Positions 1-13,140 are shown, counted from the first letter of the stretch. The stretch is DNA of 19,854 bases from Gemmatimonadota bacterium (GCA_031372565.1 JANMLN010000141.1:1-19854), one strand, 5' to 3'. Notes: generated from the sequence alone by a model not told the origin. A program made the numbers and translations.

Positions 1-120
1 GTCGTCCTGAGCAAAGCGAAGGACCTGCTTGTCGTCCTGAGCAAAGCGAAGGACCTGCTTGTCGTCCTGAGCAAAGCGAAGGACCTGCTTGTCGTCCTGA
101 GCAAAGCGAAGGACCTGCTT
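1..120 (+). repeat. Perfect tandem array, 4 x 30 bp (GTCGTCCTGAGCAAAGCGAAGGACCTGCTT), REP-like hairpin unit; may continue beyond the window start
   Basis: Four identical head-to-tail units read directly from the sequence. Each folds as a GTCCT/AGGAC stem, GA/GA mismatch, GC/GC stem and AAA loop. Confidence 0.95.
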
Positions 121-141
121 TTGCTCTCGTCTCGCCGCCCG

Positions 142-642
142 CTACTGCCCGCTGCCTGCCGCCGCGACCACGCGCACCGCACTCCCGCGCGCCGGAACCG
201 GCCGTTGTGCCAGCGTGGCGTTGGCGCGCTTGAGCCGCAGCTCGATCGCCACGCCGGCAGCCGCGCCCATCTCCACGGCGTCCACGCGCGCCTCGTACCC
301 CTCCGCCCACGTCACCAGCGTGTAGCGGCCAGGCGCGAGGTTCGCGAGGTCCACGTGGCCCCACGCATCGGCGCCGGTCGAGTCCGCGCGCTCCGCAAGC
401 CACGCGGAGGCGCGCAGGCGCACGGGAAGTCCGGTCGAGTCGTCGAGCACGCGTGCCGCGATCGTGGAGGGCGGGGTCTCGCGGGTTTCGTACCGGAAAG
501 CGGGCACGTTCGTGCGCTGCGTGAAGGTCACGCGCGACGCGGATCGCACCGGCGCCAACGGCATGGCGGGAGGCAGGGCACAGCCTGCGAGCAGCACCGC
601 CATGAGTCCTGCGACTCCCACTCCGCGCTTCCGTACGCGCAT
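142..642 (-). CDS. Putative lipoprotein with a carboxypeptidase-regulatory-like (beta-sandwich) domain
   Basis: 166 aa ORF with a basic N-terminus, hydrophobic stretch and lipobox LLAGC. The pattern VLDDSTGLPV...ADAWG...LANLAPGRYTLVTWAEGY is typical of CarboxypepD_reg-like domains. Confidence 0.7.
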   Translation of the reverse strand: MRVRKRGVGVAGLMAVLLAGCALPPAMPLAPVRSASRVTFTQRTNVPAFRYETRETPPSTIAARVLDDSTGLPVRLRASAWLAERADSTGADAWGHVDLANLAPGRYTLVTWAEGYEARVDAVEMGAAAGVAIELRLKRANATLAQRPVPARGSAVRVVAAAGSGQ

Positions 643-801
643 GATCGATTCCGGCTGCAGCGGAAGCGCGCGAACGGGGCGGTGGCGTGATTCCGCGCCG
701 GGGGTACGCGCTTCTTGTCAGCCAGTATCGGCGGGGAGGCGATGTGGTTGAGCGATTTGCGACGGTGTGACGAAAGGCGTCGTGGGCGTGATAGTGGGGG
801 G

Positions 802-831
802 AAGCAGATCCTTCGCTGCGCTCAGGATGAC
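802..831 (-). repeat. Inverted copy of the 30-bp REP-like unit
   Basis: The reverse complement GTCATCCTGAGCGCAGCGAAGGATCTGCTT matches the unit at 1-30 at 26/30 positions, including a compensatory G-C to A-T stem change. Confidence 0.9.
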
Positions 832-893
832 AAGGGCGCGCTCAGGTGGACAAGGGCGCGCTCAGGTGGACAACACGCGCTCAGCTGGGCAAC
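818..893. repeat. Degenerate ~20-bp tandem repeat (about 4 units, GCGCTCAGG-w-k-GACAAGGGC)
   Basis: Units: 818-837 gcgctcaggatgacaagggc; 838-857 gcgctcaggtggacaagggc; 858-876 gcgctcaggtggacaacac; 877-893 gcgctcagctgggcaac. Confidence 0.85.
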
Positions 894-909
894 CTGGCAC
901 CGCGACGAC

Positions 910-3348
910 CTACCGCTTCAGCACCGTCGTCTCACGCGTGGCTTCCTTCACGCGCGCTGCCGAGAAGGGGAGGGGGAAGTAGCGACCCGTCGCCCAGCCC
1001 TCGAACAGGTTGCGGTAGTACTTGCTCCGCGGGTCGGCGGACTGCCCGGGCGTGTTGGTGCCCATCGATCGCTCCCAGTCCGCCACGTCGGCGATCAACC
1101 GGAAGCTCGGGCCGTCCGTGACGAGATCGCCGCCACCGGTCGCCCATACGGCGCTGCCGTAGCCGCCCATGGCGATCGGCCCGATGGTCAGCGCGGCGCG
1201 CTGCGTCGAGTCACGCAGCCCGGCGAGCGCGGACCGCAGTTCGGCCCGATGCCCCCGCGGTCCGCCCCAGGTCCACTTGGCGATCGTCGGGCCGTGGACC
1301 CCCGAGAGTTCGGTCACCGCGTCGCCCAGCGCGAGTGCCACCAGCGAATCACGCCGGACCACGCTGTCACCGCCCACGCGTGCGGCGGTCTCGATCCAGC
1401 GCGTGACCACCACCAGCTCCAGCAAGGCACGCGCCTTCTGCGCCGCAGGGGGCACGAGGTGCACGGACACCCGCTTGCGAATCGCCTTCTCGTAGGCGGC
1501 GTAGATGCCCGCACCCACCGATGCGGCCGACATCCGCTGGTCCCAGGCGAGCAGCGAGTCGCGCGCCGCCTGCACGAGCGCGCCGGTGAGCGTCGCCGAC
1601 TTCACCGCCGGCACCAGCACGCGGGCGGGCAGCGACATCGCGTCGTACTGCAGCACGCGCATGCTCTCCACCGAGAGCCCGCGTGCGGCACCCAACACCT
1701 CGGCGATGCGATCGGCCCGCCACATGTCACCGAAATCGTGGCCGACGGCATCCAGGTGCGCGTAGCCCGATGGCACGTTGTTTTCGTTGGCCGAGTGCAG
1801 ATAGCCCTTGGTCGGGTTGCCGGCATGCGGCAGATCGAGCACGGGCAGGAAGCCCTGCCACTCATGCGTGCCGTCGCCACGTACGGGGAGCAGTCCCGAA
1901 TACGTCGTGCGGAGCGGTGCCTTGCCGACGACCTGCCAGCCGATCGCGCCAGAGGTATCGGCCCAGATCATGTTCTCCGGTGGCGCCATCGTGTATGAAC
2001 ACGCCTCGCGGAACTCGGCCCACGTGCGCGCCTGATCCATGCGCAGCGATCCCAGATACGGCGCGGTGCCGTGCTCGAGCATCGTGGTGCGATAGGCCCA
2101 CGCACGGTGGCGCGCACCATCGCTGACGATCACGGGTCCGTGCCGCGTGAAGGTGAGTTGGCGGATCTCGCGTTCGGCGCCCTTGACCGCAATCGTCTCG
2201 GCCACGACGCGCATCTTCTCCCACGCCCCCTTGTACTGATAGCGCAGCGGATCGGCGGGATCGGTTTCGTACTCGAGCACGTCCTCGCCATCGATCGCGA
2301 AGATCGTGAGCCCCCACGCGCCCGCCTCATTGTGCCCGATGGCCACGCCCGGGAGCGACGGCTCTCCGCCGCCGATCACGTTCCACCCCGGCGCCTTGAG
2401 ATGCACGTAGTAGCGAAGCGACGGCGACGCGATCACGCGATGCGGATCGTTCGCGAGGAGCGGCTTCCCCGTCGTTGTCCTCGATCCGGCAACCACCCAG
2501 TTGTTGCTGCCCTCCTGCTGCGCATCTCCCGAGAGTCTGGACCGCGACAGCTCCGCGTACTGCGCGTTGGCAGCGGCCAGCCAGCGCAGCGCGCCCGCGT
2601 CGGCGCGCTTCCGCGGCGCGAGGTCCTGGGGCTCGAAGCGCAGCGCTCCGCGCAGTGCCGCGATGGGCGCGGCGATCGCGGCGTACGGGAGTGTGGCGTA
2701 ATCGACACGCGGATCGCCCTCGAGCCGCGGATTGCCGGGACCAAGGTCACTCAGCGCACGCGCCGTCGCCGGGCTCGTCAGCCCCACCAGCTGCGCCATG
2801 GCATCTTCGCTGCCGATGCCGCCGAGGAAGAGGCCGTTGTGCCGCGAGATCACGATGGCGGGGGTCCACTTGCCGGGCTTCACGCCAAGCCAGCCGAACT
2901 CCGGCGGAAGGCGGTCCGGCTCCTTGATCGTGAGATCGATGTAGGCATTGATGCCATCGACGAACGCCCGGATGATCTCGCCTCCTCGCGGATGGTAGAT
3001 GGCGAGTTCCTTCTTGAGGTCGCCCTTGAACCGGAACTGCCGCGACGCGACATCCATCGCGATGCCGCGCGCCCCGATCCACTCGCTCATCGTGCCCGTG
3101 GCCCGGCGGCGCCAGTTTTCCAACTGCCAGAGCCGGTCGCGGGCGACGTTCCAGCCCTGCGCGAAGAACAGGTCGTGCTCGTTGGCGGCCGTGATGTGCA
3201 CGATGCCCGCGCTGTCGCGTGCCAGCGTGACCGGCGCCTTGAGCCCCCTGGTTCTGAACGACTCGGTTTGCGCGAGCGCGGCAGGTGCGTCGGCGGCGAA
3301 GGCCGTCGCGAGGGCAACAATGGCGGCAATGACTGAGGAAGGGCGCAT
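910..3348 (-). CDS. Penicillin acylase family protein (Ntn-hydrolase, peptidase S45), secreted
   Basis: 812 aa with a signal peptide. Motifs: RDSAGIVHI, FFAQGW...DRLWQ, catalytic G-SNNWVV, LLANDPH, TRHGP and C-terminal PGQS...SKYY. Confidence 0.92.
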   Translation of the reverse strand: MRPSSVIAAIVALATAFAADAPAALAQTESFRTRGLKAPVTLARDSAGIVHITAANEHDLFFAQGWNVARDRLWQLENWRRRATGTMSEWIGARGIAMDVASRQFRFKGDLKKELAIYHPRGGEIIRAFVDGINAYIDLTIKEPDRLPPEFGWLGVKPGKWTPAIVISRHNGLFLGGIGSEDAMAQLVGLTSPATARALSDLGPGNPRLEGDPRVDYATLPYAAIAAPIAALRGALRFEPQDLAPRKRADAGALRWLAAANAQYAELSRSRLSGDAQQEGSNNWVVAGSRTTTGKPLLANDPHRVIASPSLRYYVHLKAPGWNVIGGGEPSLPGVAIGHNEAGAWGLTIFAIDGEDVLEYETDPADPLRYQYKGAWEKMRVVAETIAVKGAEREIRQLTFTRHGPVIVSDGARHRAWAYRTTMLEHGTAPYLGSLRMDQARTWAEFREACSYTMAPPENMIWADTSGAIGWQVVGKAPLRTTYSGLLPVRGDGTHEWQGFLPVLDLPHAGNPTKGYLHSANENNVPSGYAHLDAVGHDFGDMWRADRIAEVLGAARGLSVESMRVLQYDAMSLPARVLVPAVKSATLTGALVQAARDSLLAWDQRMSAASVGAGIYAAYEKAIRKRVSVHLVPPAAQKARALLELVVVTRWIETAARVGGDSVVRRDSLVALALGDAVTELSGVHGPTIAKWTWGGPRGHRAELRSALAGLRDSTQRAALTIGPIAMGGYGSAVWATGGGDLVTDGPSFRLIADVADWERSMGTNTPGQSADPRSKYYRNLFEGWATGRYFPLPFSAARVKEATRETTVLKR

Positions 3349-3508
3349 GACGGCAAACTGCCTCCGGGACGCGGCGCGTCAACCGGCGGTCCGCACGCGC
3401 GCCAACGGCGTGACGGTGACGTACGGCGTTGCGCGCGGGCGCTCGGACCCTCACCTTTGCATCAGTCAGGGGGCCCGTGTCGGGTCCCCTTTCCCGAATC
3501 CCCACGCC

Positions 3509-3895
3509 GTGCACGAGATCGCCTTCCGGGATGGCATCATGGATCGCATTCGCCTTCGCGAACAGCGGTTCCATGAACGCGCGTACCTGTTCGTGCTGGC
3601 GTCGCTCGAGTTCCGTCAACAGGGGCTGACCGAGCGACGCCACCTGAGCGGACGTGAACTGGCCGAATCGGTGCGCGACCTCGCGCTCGAACGGTTCGGC
3701 GTGACCGCTCGCATGGTGCTCGAGCACTGGGGTGTCCGCACCAGCCGCGATATCGGCGATGTCGTGTTCACGATGGTCGAGGCCGGGCTGCTGATGGCGC
3801 TGCCGAGCGATTCGCGTGCCGACTTCGACGACGTGGTGGACTTCGACCACGCCTTCGACCGGGCGTATCCGTGGACGAGCGACGTGCTCGCCTGA
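3509..3895 (+). CDS. Minf_1886 family (Verrucomicrobia/Planctomycetes-type conserved hypothetical) protein
   Basis: This is the C-terminal 128 aa of ORF 2999-3895, from a GTG at 3509. Motifs: AYLFVL, RRHLSGRELA, A.ERFG..A..VLEHWGV..S.DIGDVVF.MVE.GL and DF..V.DF. The start codon is inferred. Confidence 0.75.
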   Translation: MHEIAFRDGIMDRIRLREQRFHERAYLFVLASLEFRQQGLTERRHLSGRELAESVRDLALERFGVTARMVLEHWGVRTSRDIGDVVFTMVEAGLLMALPSDSRADFDDVVDFDHAFDRAYPWTSDVLA

Positions 3896-3934
3896 GCGCG
3901 CGCGACGCCCGCCCGCCTTCCGGCGGCGCCCTGC

Positions 3935-3969
3935 ACGGCGGTCCCGGCGCGGGCCGCCGTTTGTCGTCT
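3935..3969 (+). terminator. Putative intrinsic terminator after the Minf_1886-like gene
   Basis: Stem ACGGCGGTCC / GGGCCGCCGT (one G-U pair) followed by TTGTCGTCT, a tail similar to that of the tRNA-fMet terminator. Confidence 0.5.
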
Positions 3970-3981
3970 GACTGGTCCGGC

Positions 3982-5508
3982 GTGCGCGTGACCACCGCGG
4001 CTCAGGCGCGCGCACTCGACGAGGCAGCCATCGCCCGTGGCATTCCCTCACGCGCGCTCATGCGCGTGGCAGGTCATGCGGCGGCGGCCGAGATCAGTCG
4101 GCGCTACGCGCATCAGCTGTCCCGTGGCGTGGCCGTATATGCCGGGCCCGGCAACAACGGCGGTGACGCGTGGGTGGTGGCGGGTGCGCTCGCTGCCAGC
4201 GGCATCCCGGTGAGCGTGCGCGCGATCGGCACCGCGAAGACGGCGGACAGCGCCGCTGAGCGTGCCGAGGCCGCGCGGCTGCACCTGAGCGAACCGCACG
4301 GCGGCGAGGAGATCATCGTCGATGGGCTGCTGGGCATCGGTGCGCGCGGTGCGCCCGTGGGTGATGTCGCCGATGCCATCGCCGAGATCAACGCGCGCCG
4401 TGCGCATGGCGCCGTCGTGGTCGCACTCGATGTGCCGAGCGGTGTGGATGCGGACACGGGCGAGTCGTATGGCGGCGCGAGCGTGCGCGCGCACTGCACG
4501 CTCACCTTCGGTACGCTCAAACGCGGGCTGCTCGTTGCGCGCTCGCACGCGGGCGCGATCGTCGTGCTCGACATCGGGTTGGGCGCGTCCGATCCGACCG
4601 GCGTCGTCGCGGCCAGGCTGATCGATGCACATGCCGTGCACCTGCTGCTCCCGCCCATCGCGGCCGCCAGTCACAAGGGGACACGCGGCAAGGTGCTGGT
4701 GGTCGGTGGTGCGAGCGGCATGAGCGGGTCCGTGATTCTCGCGGCGCGTGCCGCGTTGGCCGCTGGTGCAGGACTCGTGAAGGTGTGCGCGCACGCCGAT
4801 TCGCTTCAGGCCGTTCAGTCGGCCGTGCCGCAAGCGCTCAGCGCGCCGTGGCCCGACACCGAGCGCGACGCTGAGGCACTCGCGGGCTGGGCCGATGCGA
4901 TGGTGCTTGGCCCGGGCCTGGGGCTCGACGGCACGCGCGAGCGCGTCACGCAACTGTTGGCAAGTGCACCGACCCCCGCCGTGCTCGACGCCGATGCGCT
5001 CAACGCGTTCGCGGGCGATGCCGCGGCGCTCGGTGGCGCGCTCGGCGGTCGCGAGGCACTCGTCACGCCGCATCCGGCCGAGTGCGCACGGTTGCTCGGC
5101 GTCGACACCGCGCGCGTGCTCGCCGAACGGTTCGACATTGGCGGCGGACTGGCCGACACCCTGCGGTGTGCGGTTCTGCTCAAGGGCGTGCCGACGGTCG
5201 TGACGTCGCGCGACGGCGAGGTGACAGTGAGCGCGACGGGCACACCGGCGCTCGCGACCGGCGGCAGCGGCGATCTGCTCGCGGGTCTCGCCGGCACGCT
5301 GCTCGCGCAGTTGCTCGACGGCGCACGGGCCGGCGCGCTCGCGGCATGGCTGCACGGGCGCGCCGCGGAGTTGGCGCAGGGAGCGGGTTCGGCGCGCACG
5401 ATTAGGTTGGACGACGTGCTGGTCGCGTTGCCGAGTGTCTGGGACGAGGCACCGCCAGCGCGCCGCGCCGGGTTGCTCACCGCGCTGCCAGCGTTGCACG
5501 AGCGCTGA
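3982..5508 (+). CDS. nnr: Bifunctional NAD(P)H-hydrate epimerase/dehydratase (YjeF family)
   Basis: N-terminal domain motifs LMRVAG, GPGNNGGD, VDGLLGIG and ALDVPSG. C-terminal domain motifs HKGTRG, GAGLV, GPGLG, VLDADALN, VTPHPAE, LLKG and LATGGSGDLLAG. Start is GTG 3982 or TTG 3961. Confidence 0.93.
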   Translation: MRVTTAAQARALDEAAIARGIPSRALMRVAGHAAAAEISRRYAHQLSRGVAVYAGPGNNGGDAWVVAGALAASGIPVSVRAIGTAKTADSAAERAEAARLHLSEPHGGEEIIVDGLLGIGARGAPVGDVADAIAEINARRAHGAVVVALDVPSGVDADTGESYGGASVRAHCTLTFGTLKRGLLVARSHAGAIVVLDIGLGASDPTGVVAARLIDAHAVHLLLPPIAAASHKGTRGKVLVVGGASGMSGSVILAARAALAAGAGLVKVCAHADSLQAVQSAVPQALSAPWPDTERDAEALAGWADAMVLGPGLGLDGTRERVTQLLASAPTPAVLDADALNAFAGDAAALGGALGGREALVTPHPAECARLLGVDTARVLAERFDIGGGLADTLRCAVLLKGVPTVVTSRDGEVTVSATGTPALATGGSGDLLAGLAGTLLAQLLDGARAGALAAWLHGRAAELAQGAGSARTIRLDDVLVALPSVWDEAPPARRAGLLTALPALHER

Positions 5509-6439
5509 TGGCGCACCTCGGGTTGGGCCCCGGCCGCGAGTTCGACGCCATTCGTGCGCTCATCGCCCAGTGGGGCGACGCCGCGCAGGGGCTGGGCGAC
5601 GATGCCGCGCTGCTCGACGTCCCGCACGGCGCACGGCTGGTGGTGAGCGTCGATACATCGGTCGAGGATGTCCACTTCAAGCGCGACTGGCTCACGCCCG
5701 AGGAGATCGGCTGGCGCGCCACAGCGGCGGCCCTCTCGGACCTGGCAGCCATGGCCGCCGACCCGCTCGGGCTGCTCGTCGCGATCAGCGTCCCACCGCG
5801 CTGGACCGACGACACGCTGGCACTGGGCGCCGGCATCGCCGCGGCGGCCCGCTTTGCCGGTCTTCCCATTGTCGGCGGCGACACGACGGGCGGCGAGCTG
5901 CTCACCCTCTCGCTCACGGTCCTCGGCACGTCGCGCGCTCCCCTGTCTCGCGCCGGAGCGCGTCCCGGCGACATCATTTATGTGACCGGTCGGCTGGGTG
6001 GCCCCGCCGCCGCTCTGCGCGCGCTGGCGCTGGGCGATACCGCGGACCCGTCACATCGCGCACGATTCGCGCATCCGGAGCCACGCCTGCAGGCGGCGCG
6101 CTGGCTCGTCGAACGGGGGGCCACGGCAGCCATCGACATTTCGGATGGGCTGGGTGCCGACCTGCAGCATCTCGCGGCGGCCAGCAACGTGACACTGGAG
6201 ATTGACGTGGCACGCGTGCCGCAGCTCCCCGGGGTGTCAATCGACGACGCGCTGGCCGGCGGCGAAGAGTACGAGCTGGCCGTCACCTCCGGAGCGCTCG
6301 ACACCGAGGCATTCCAGGCCGAAACCGGGCTGCCGCTGACCGCCATCGGTGAGGTCGTGGCCGGCCCCTCGGGGGTTCGCGCGAAACAATGGGGTCACCG
6401 CGTTGATTTGCCGCGGGGGTACGACCACTTTTCGAGGTA

Positions 6440-6440
<1 letters not shown>
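5508..6440 (+). CDS. thiL: Thiamine-monophosphate kinase
   Basis: Motifs EFD.I, GLGDDAA, DTSVEDVHF, LSDLAAM, IVGGDT, GARPGD.IYVTG.LG, AIDISDGL..DL and GGEEYEL. TGATG overlap with nnr. Confidence 0.95.
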
Positions 6441-10536
<4,096 letters not shown>

Positions 10537-10537
<1 letters not shown>

Positions 10538-10857
10538 TGGCCACGTGGGGGCGCCGGATCGTGACGGCGGTCAGCGTTGCGTCGGTGGTGTATTTCGCGG
10601 TGGAAGGGGGCGAGTGGGGCACGGCGGCGCTGCTGCGGCAACGCGCGCACAGTCGCGCCCTCACCGACTCGGTGGAACGGCTCACGCGCACGGTCGACTC
10701 GTTGGCCCGCTACAAGGCGCTCGTGCACAGCGATCCGGCGACGCAGGAGCGGATCGCGCGCGAGCAGTTCGGATATGTCCGTGCGCACGAACTCGTGTAC
10801 AAGGTGGTGAATCCGGTGGTCAGCGACAGCACGCGTCGCCCCGTGTCGCCGCGCTGA
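10537..10857 (+). CDS. ftsB: Septum formation initiator family protein (FtsB/DivIC-like)
   Basis: 106 aa with an N-terminal transmembrane helix, a GEWG turn, a coiled-coil and DPATQERIAREQFGYVR..E.VY. It lies just downstream of eno, its usual neighbour. Confidence 0.8.
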
Positions 10858-10876
10858 CCCTCAGCTCCATCTCCAG

Positions 10877-13018
10877 ATGATGCGTGAAACGTTGCGCGTG
10901 CGCGTGATGGCGCCCGCTGCCATGTGCGTCCTGCTCACCGGGTGCTTCGGTGCCACGAGCGGCCAGCAGCTCGCCCTCGCGGCGCGCGAGCGCTACGTGG
11001 CGCAGCCCGTGCGCGCGTACGACGCCCGCATCCTCCGCGACTCGTTCGGCGTGGCGCACGTCCATGGCCACACCGATGCCGATGCGGCGTTCGGCGTGGC
11101 GTATGCACATGCCGAGGACGACTGGGACACGTTGGAGGATGTCTTCCTCGCCTCGCGTGGGCGCGTCGCGGCCAAGCGCGGCACGGCCGGCGCCGGTCCC
11201 GACTTCCTGAACGCGTGGCTCGGCGTGCGGCAGACCGTGGCGGCGAAGGCCCGCTCGGAGGTGGATAGCGCGACCTGGGCGCTCGTCGAGGGGTACGTCG
11301 CGGGCATCAACGCGTACGCGGCCGCGCACCCGGACGAGGTCAGCAGCGTGGCGCAGGGCGAGTTGCCGATGACGCCCGAGGATCTCGTGGCGGGGGTCGT
11401 GCTCACGACGCCGCTCTTCTTCGGCCTCGATCGCGTCGTGCTCGGGCTGATGGAGCAGCGGACGATCGACCGTGAGGCGGCGAGCAAGGACAAGGGCTCC
11501 AACGGCTTCGCGATCGCGCCGTCGCGCTCGGGCGACGGCGTGACGCGCCTGCTCGCCAATTCGCACCAGCCGTGGCGTGGCCCCGTGGCGTGGTACGAGA
11601 TCAGCATGCATTCCGACGAGGGGATCGATTTCGCCGGCGCGCTCTTTCCCGGTGCCCCGGTGCCGTTGCTCGGGCACAACAAGACACTGGGCTGGACCAA
11701 CACGGTGAATGCGCCCGATCTCGTGGACACGTACAGGTTGCGCATCAATCCGGATGATGACCGGCAGTACTGGTTTGATGGCGCGTGGCGCACACTCGAG
11801 CGCGAACGCGTCTGGCTCAAGGTGAAGGTCGGCTGGTTCACGCTGCCCGTCTCGCGGATCGTCGAGCGCTCGGTGCACGGCCCCGTGATCCGCAACGCGA
11901 ACGGCGCCTTTGCGGTGCGGTACGCCGGGATCGGGCAGGTGAACCAGCTCACCGGCTACTACGCGCTGGTCAAGGCGCGCACGTACGCCGAGTGGCGCGC
12001 CGCGCTCGCTCGGCAGACCATCGTCGCCACGAACTTCGTCTACGCCGACAACACGGGGAAGATCGCGATGGTGTACAACGCGAGCTTTCCGAAGCGGCGC
12101 GCGGGCTTCGACTGGCAGGGTGTCCTGCCGGGCGACACGTCGGCGGCACTATGGACGTCGTACCATCCGCCGGACGACACGCCCGCCGTCGTGAATCCAC
12201 GTTCGGGGTACGTGTACAACGCCAACAACACGCCGTTCTTCGCGACGGCCGCGGCCGACAACCTGCAGCGCACCGATTTCGATCCCACCATGGGGATCGA
12301 GACGCGGCACACCAACCGCAGCGTTCGCGCCTTCGAACTCCTCGACACGATGCCGCGGATTACGCGCGAGGCGCTGCTCGCGGTGAAGTTCGATGCGCGC
12401 TACAGCCGCGCCGGGTGGGTGGGCGCCGTGCTCGACTCGATGGCGCGTGTGGACACGGTGGCAGAGCCGTCGCTGGCGCCGGCGGTGCGGCTGCTGGCAG
12501 GATGGGACGGCGTGATGGCGGATGACCGGCCGGCGTCCGTGCTGGCGACGATGATCATCGGTCCGGCCATTCGCGCGACGTACCTGGGGAAGCCACGGCC
12601 GCGTGCGGCGGAGTCGTTGCGGGCCGGGGTCACGTTCCTGATGGATCACCATGGACGGCTCGACGTGCCGCTCGGCAAGGCGCTCCGGCTCCTGCAGGGG
12701 AATCAGGACCTGCCGCTCCGGGGTGGTCCGGACGCACTGCGCGCCGTGTACTCGACGCCGACGGCTGATGGCCGCCTCGAGGGCGAAGTGGGTGATTCCT
12801 TCATCATGCTGGTGGAGTGGGGCGCTGACGGTGTCGTGCACTCGCAGAGCGTGCAGCCGTTTGGCGCGGCATCAACGCGCCGCGGGAGCCCGCACTACGC
12901 CGACCAGGCGCCGCTGTTCGCGGCCGAGAAGTTCAAGCCGGTCTGGTTCACCGAGGCGGAGCAGCGCGCGCACCTGGAGAGGGAATCGCGCGTCGGCGCA
13001 CCGCGCACCCCGCGGTAG
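10877..13018 (+). CDS. Penicillin acylase family Ntn-hydrolase (cephalosporin/AHL-acylase-like), possible lipoprotein
   Basis: 713 aa. Motifs ILRDSFGVAHVHG, FGVAYAHAED, catalytic G-SNGFAIAPSRS, LLANSHQPW, LGWTNTVN.PD and SPHYADQAPLF. Lipobox-like LLTGC. Confidence 0.9.
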   Translation: MMRETLRVRVMAPAAMCVLLTGCFGATSGQQLALAARERYVAQPVRAYDARILRDSFGVAHVHGHTDADAAFGVAYAHAEDDWDTLEDVFLASRGRVAAKRGTAGAGPDFLNAWLGVRQTVAAKARSEVDSATWALVEGYVAGINAYAAAHPDEVSSVAQGELPMTPEDLVAGVVLTTPLFFGLDRVVLGLMEQRTIDREAASKDKGSNGFAIAPSRSGDGVTRLLANSHQPWRGPVAWYEISMHSDEGIDFAGALFPGAPVPLLGHNKTLGWTNTVNAPDLVDTYRLRINPDDDRQYWFDGAWRTLERERVWLKVKVGWFTLPVSRIVERSVHGPVIRNANGAFAVRYAGIGQVNQLTGYYALVKARTYAEWRAALARQTIVATNFVYADNTGKIAMVYNASFPKRRAGFDWQGVLPGDTSAALWTSYHPPDDTPAVVNPRSGYVYNANNTPFFATAAADNLQRTDFDPTMGIETRHTNRSVRAFELLDTMPRITREALLAVKFDARYSRAGWVGAVLDSMARVDTVAEPSLAPAVRLLAGWDGVMADDRPASVLATMIIGPAIRATYLGKPRPRAAESLRAGVTFLMDHHGRLDVPLGKALRLLQGNQDLPLRGGPDALRAVYSTPTADGRLEGEVGDSFIMLVEWGADGVVHSQSVQPFGAASTRRGSPHYADQAPLFAAEKFKPVWFTEAEQRAHLERESRVGAPRTPR

Positions 13019-13140
13019 CGAGAAGGTTCCGTTCGGAGCGTGGTGCGCACGCCTTTCACCGCGGCCGTCGATGCGACATGCTTACGGACGGGGTGCCCTG
13101 TGCACGCAGGGCTCCGATTCCCTGGCTGTGAGGAAAGTCG

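Noticed and set aside
1..120. CRISPR array (30-bp palindromic repeats)
   Set aside because: The units abut directly with no spacers, and no cas genes are present in the window.
818..893. Mini-CRISPR or iteron array
   Set aside because: There are no unique spacers and no rep gene, and the units derive from the end of the adjacent REP-like copy.
715..3336. Long + strand ORFs 715-1998 and 2071-3336
   Set aside because: They are antisense shadows of the acylase gene, Arg-rich and motif-free, as is typical of high-GC DNA.
2999..3508. N-terminal extension of ORF 2999-3895
   Set aside because: It overlaps the acylase gene on the opposite strand, and family similarity starts only near GTG 3509.
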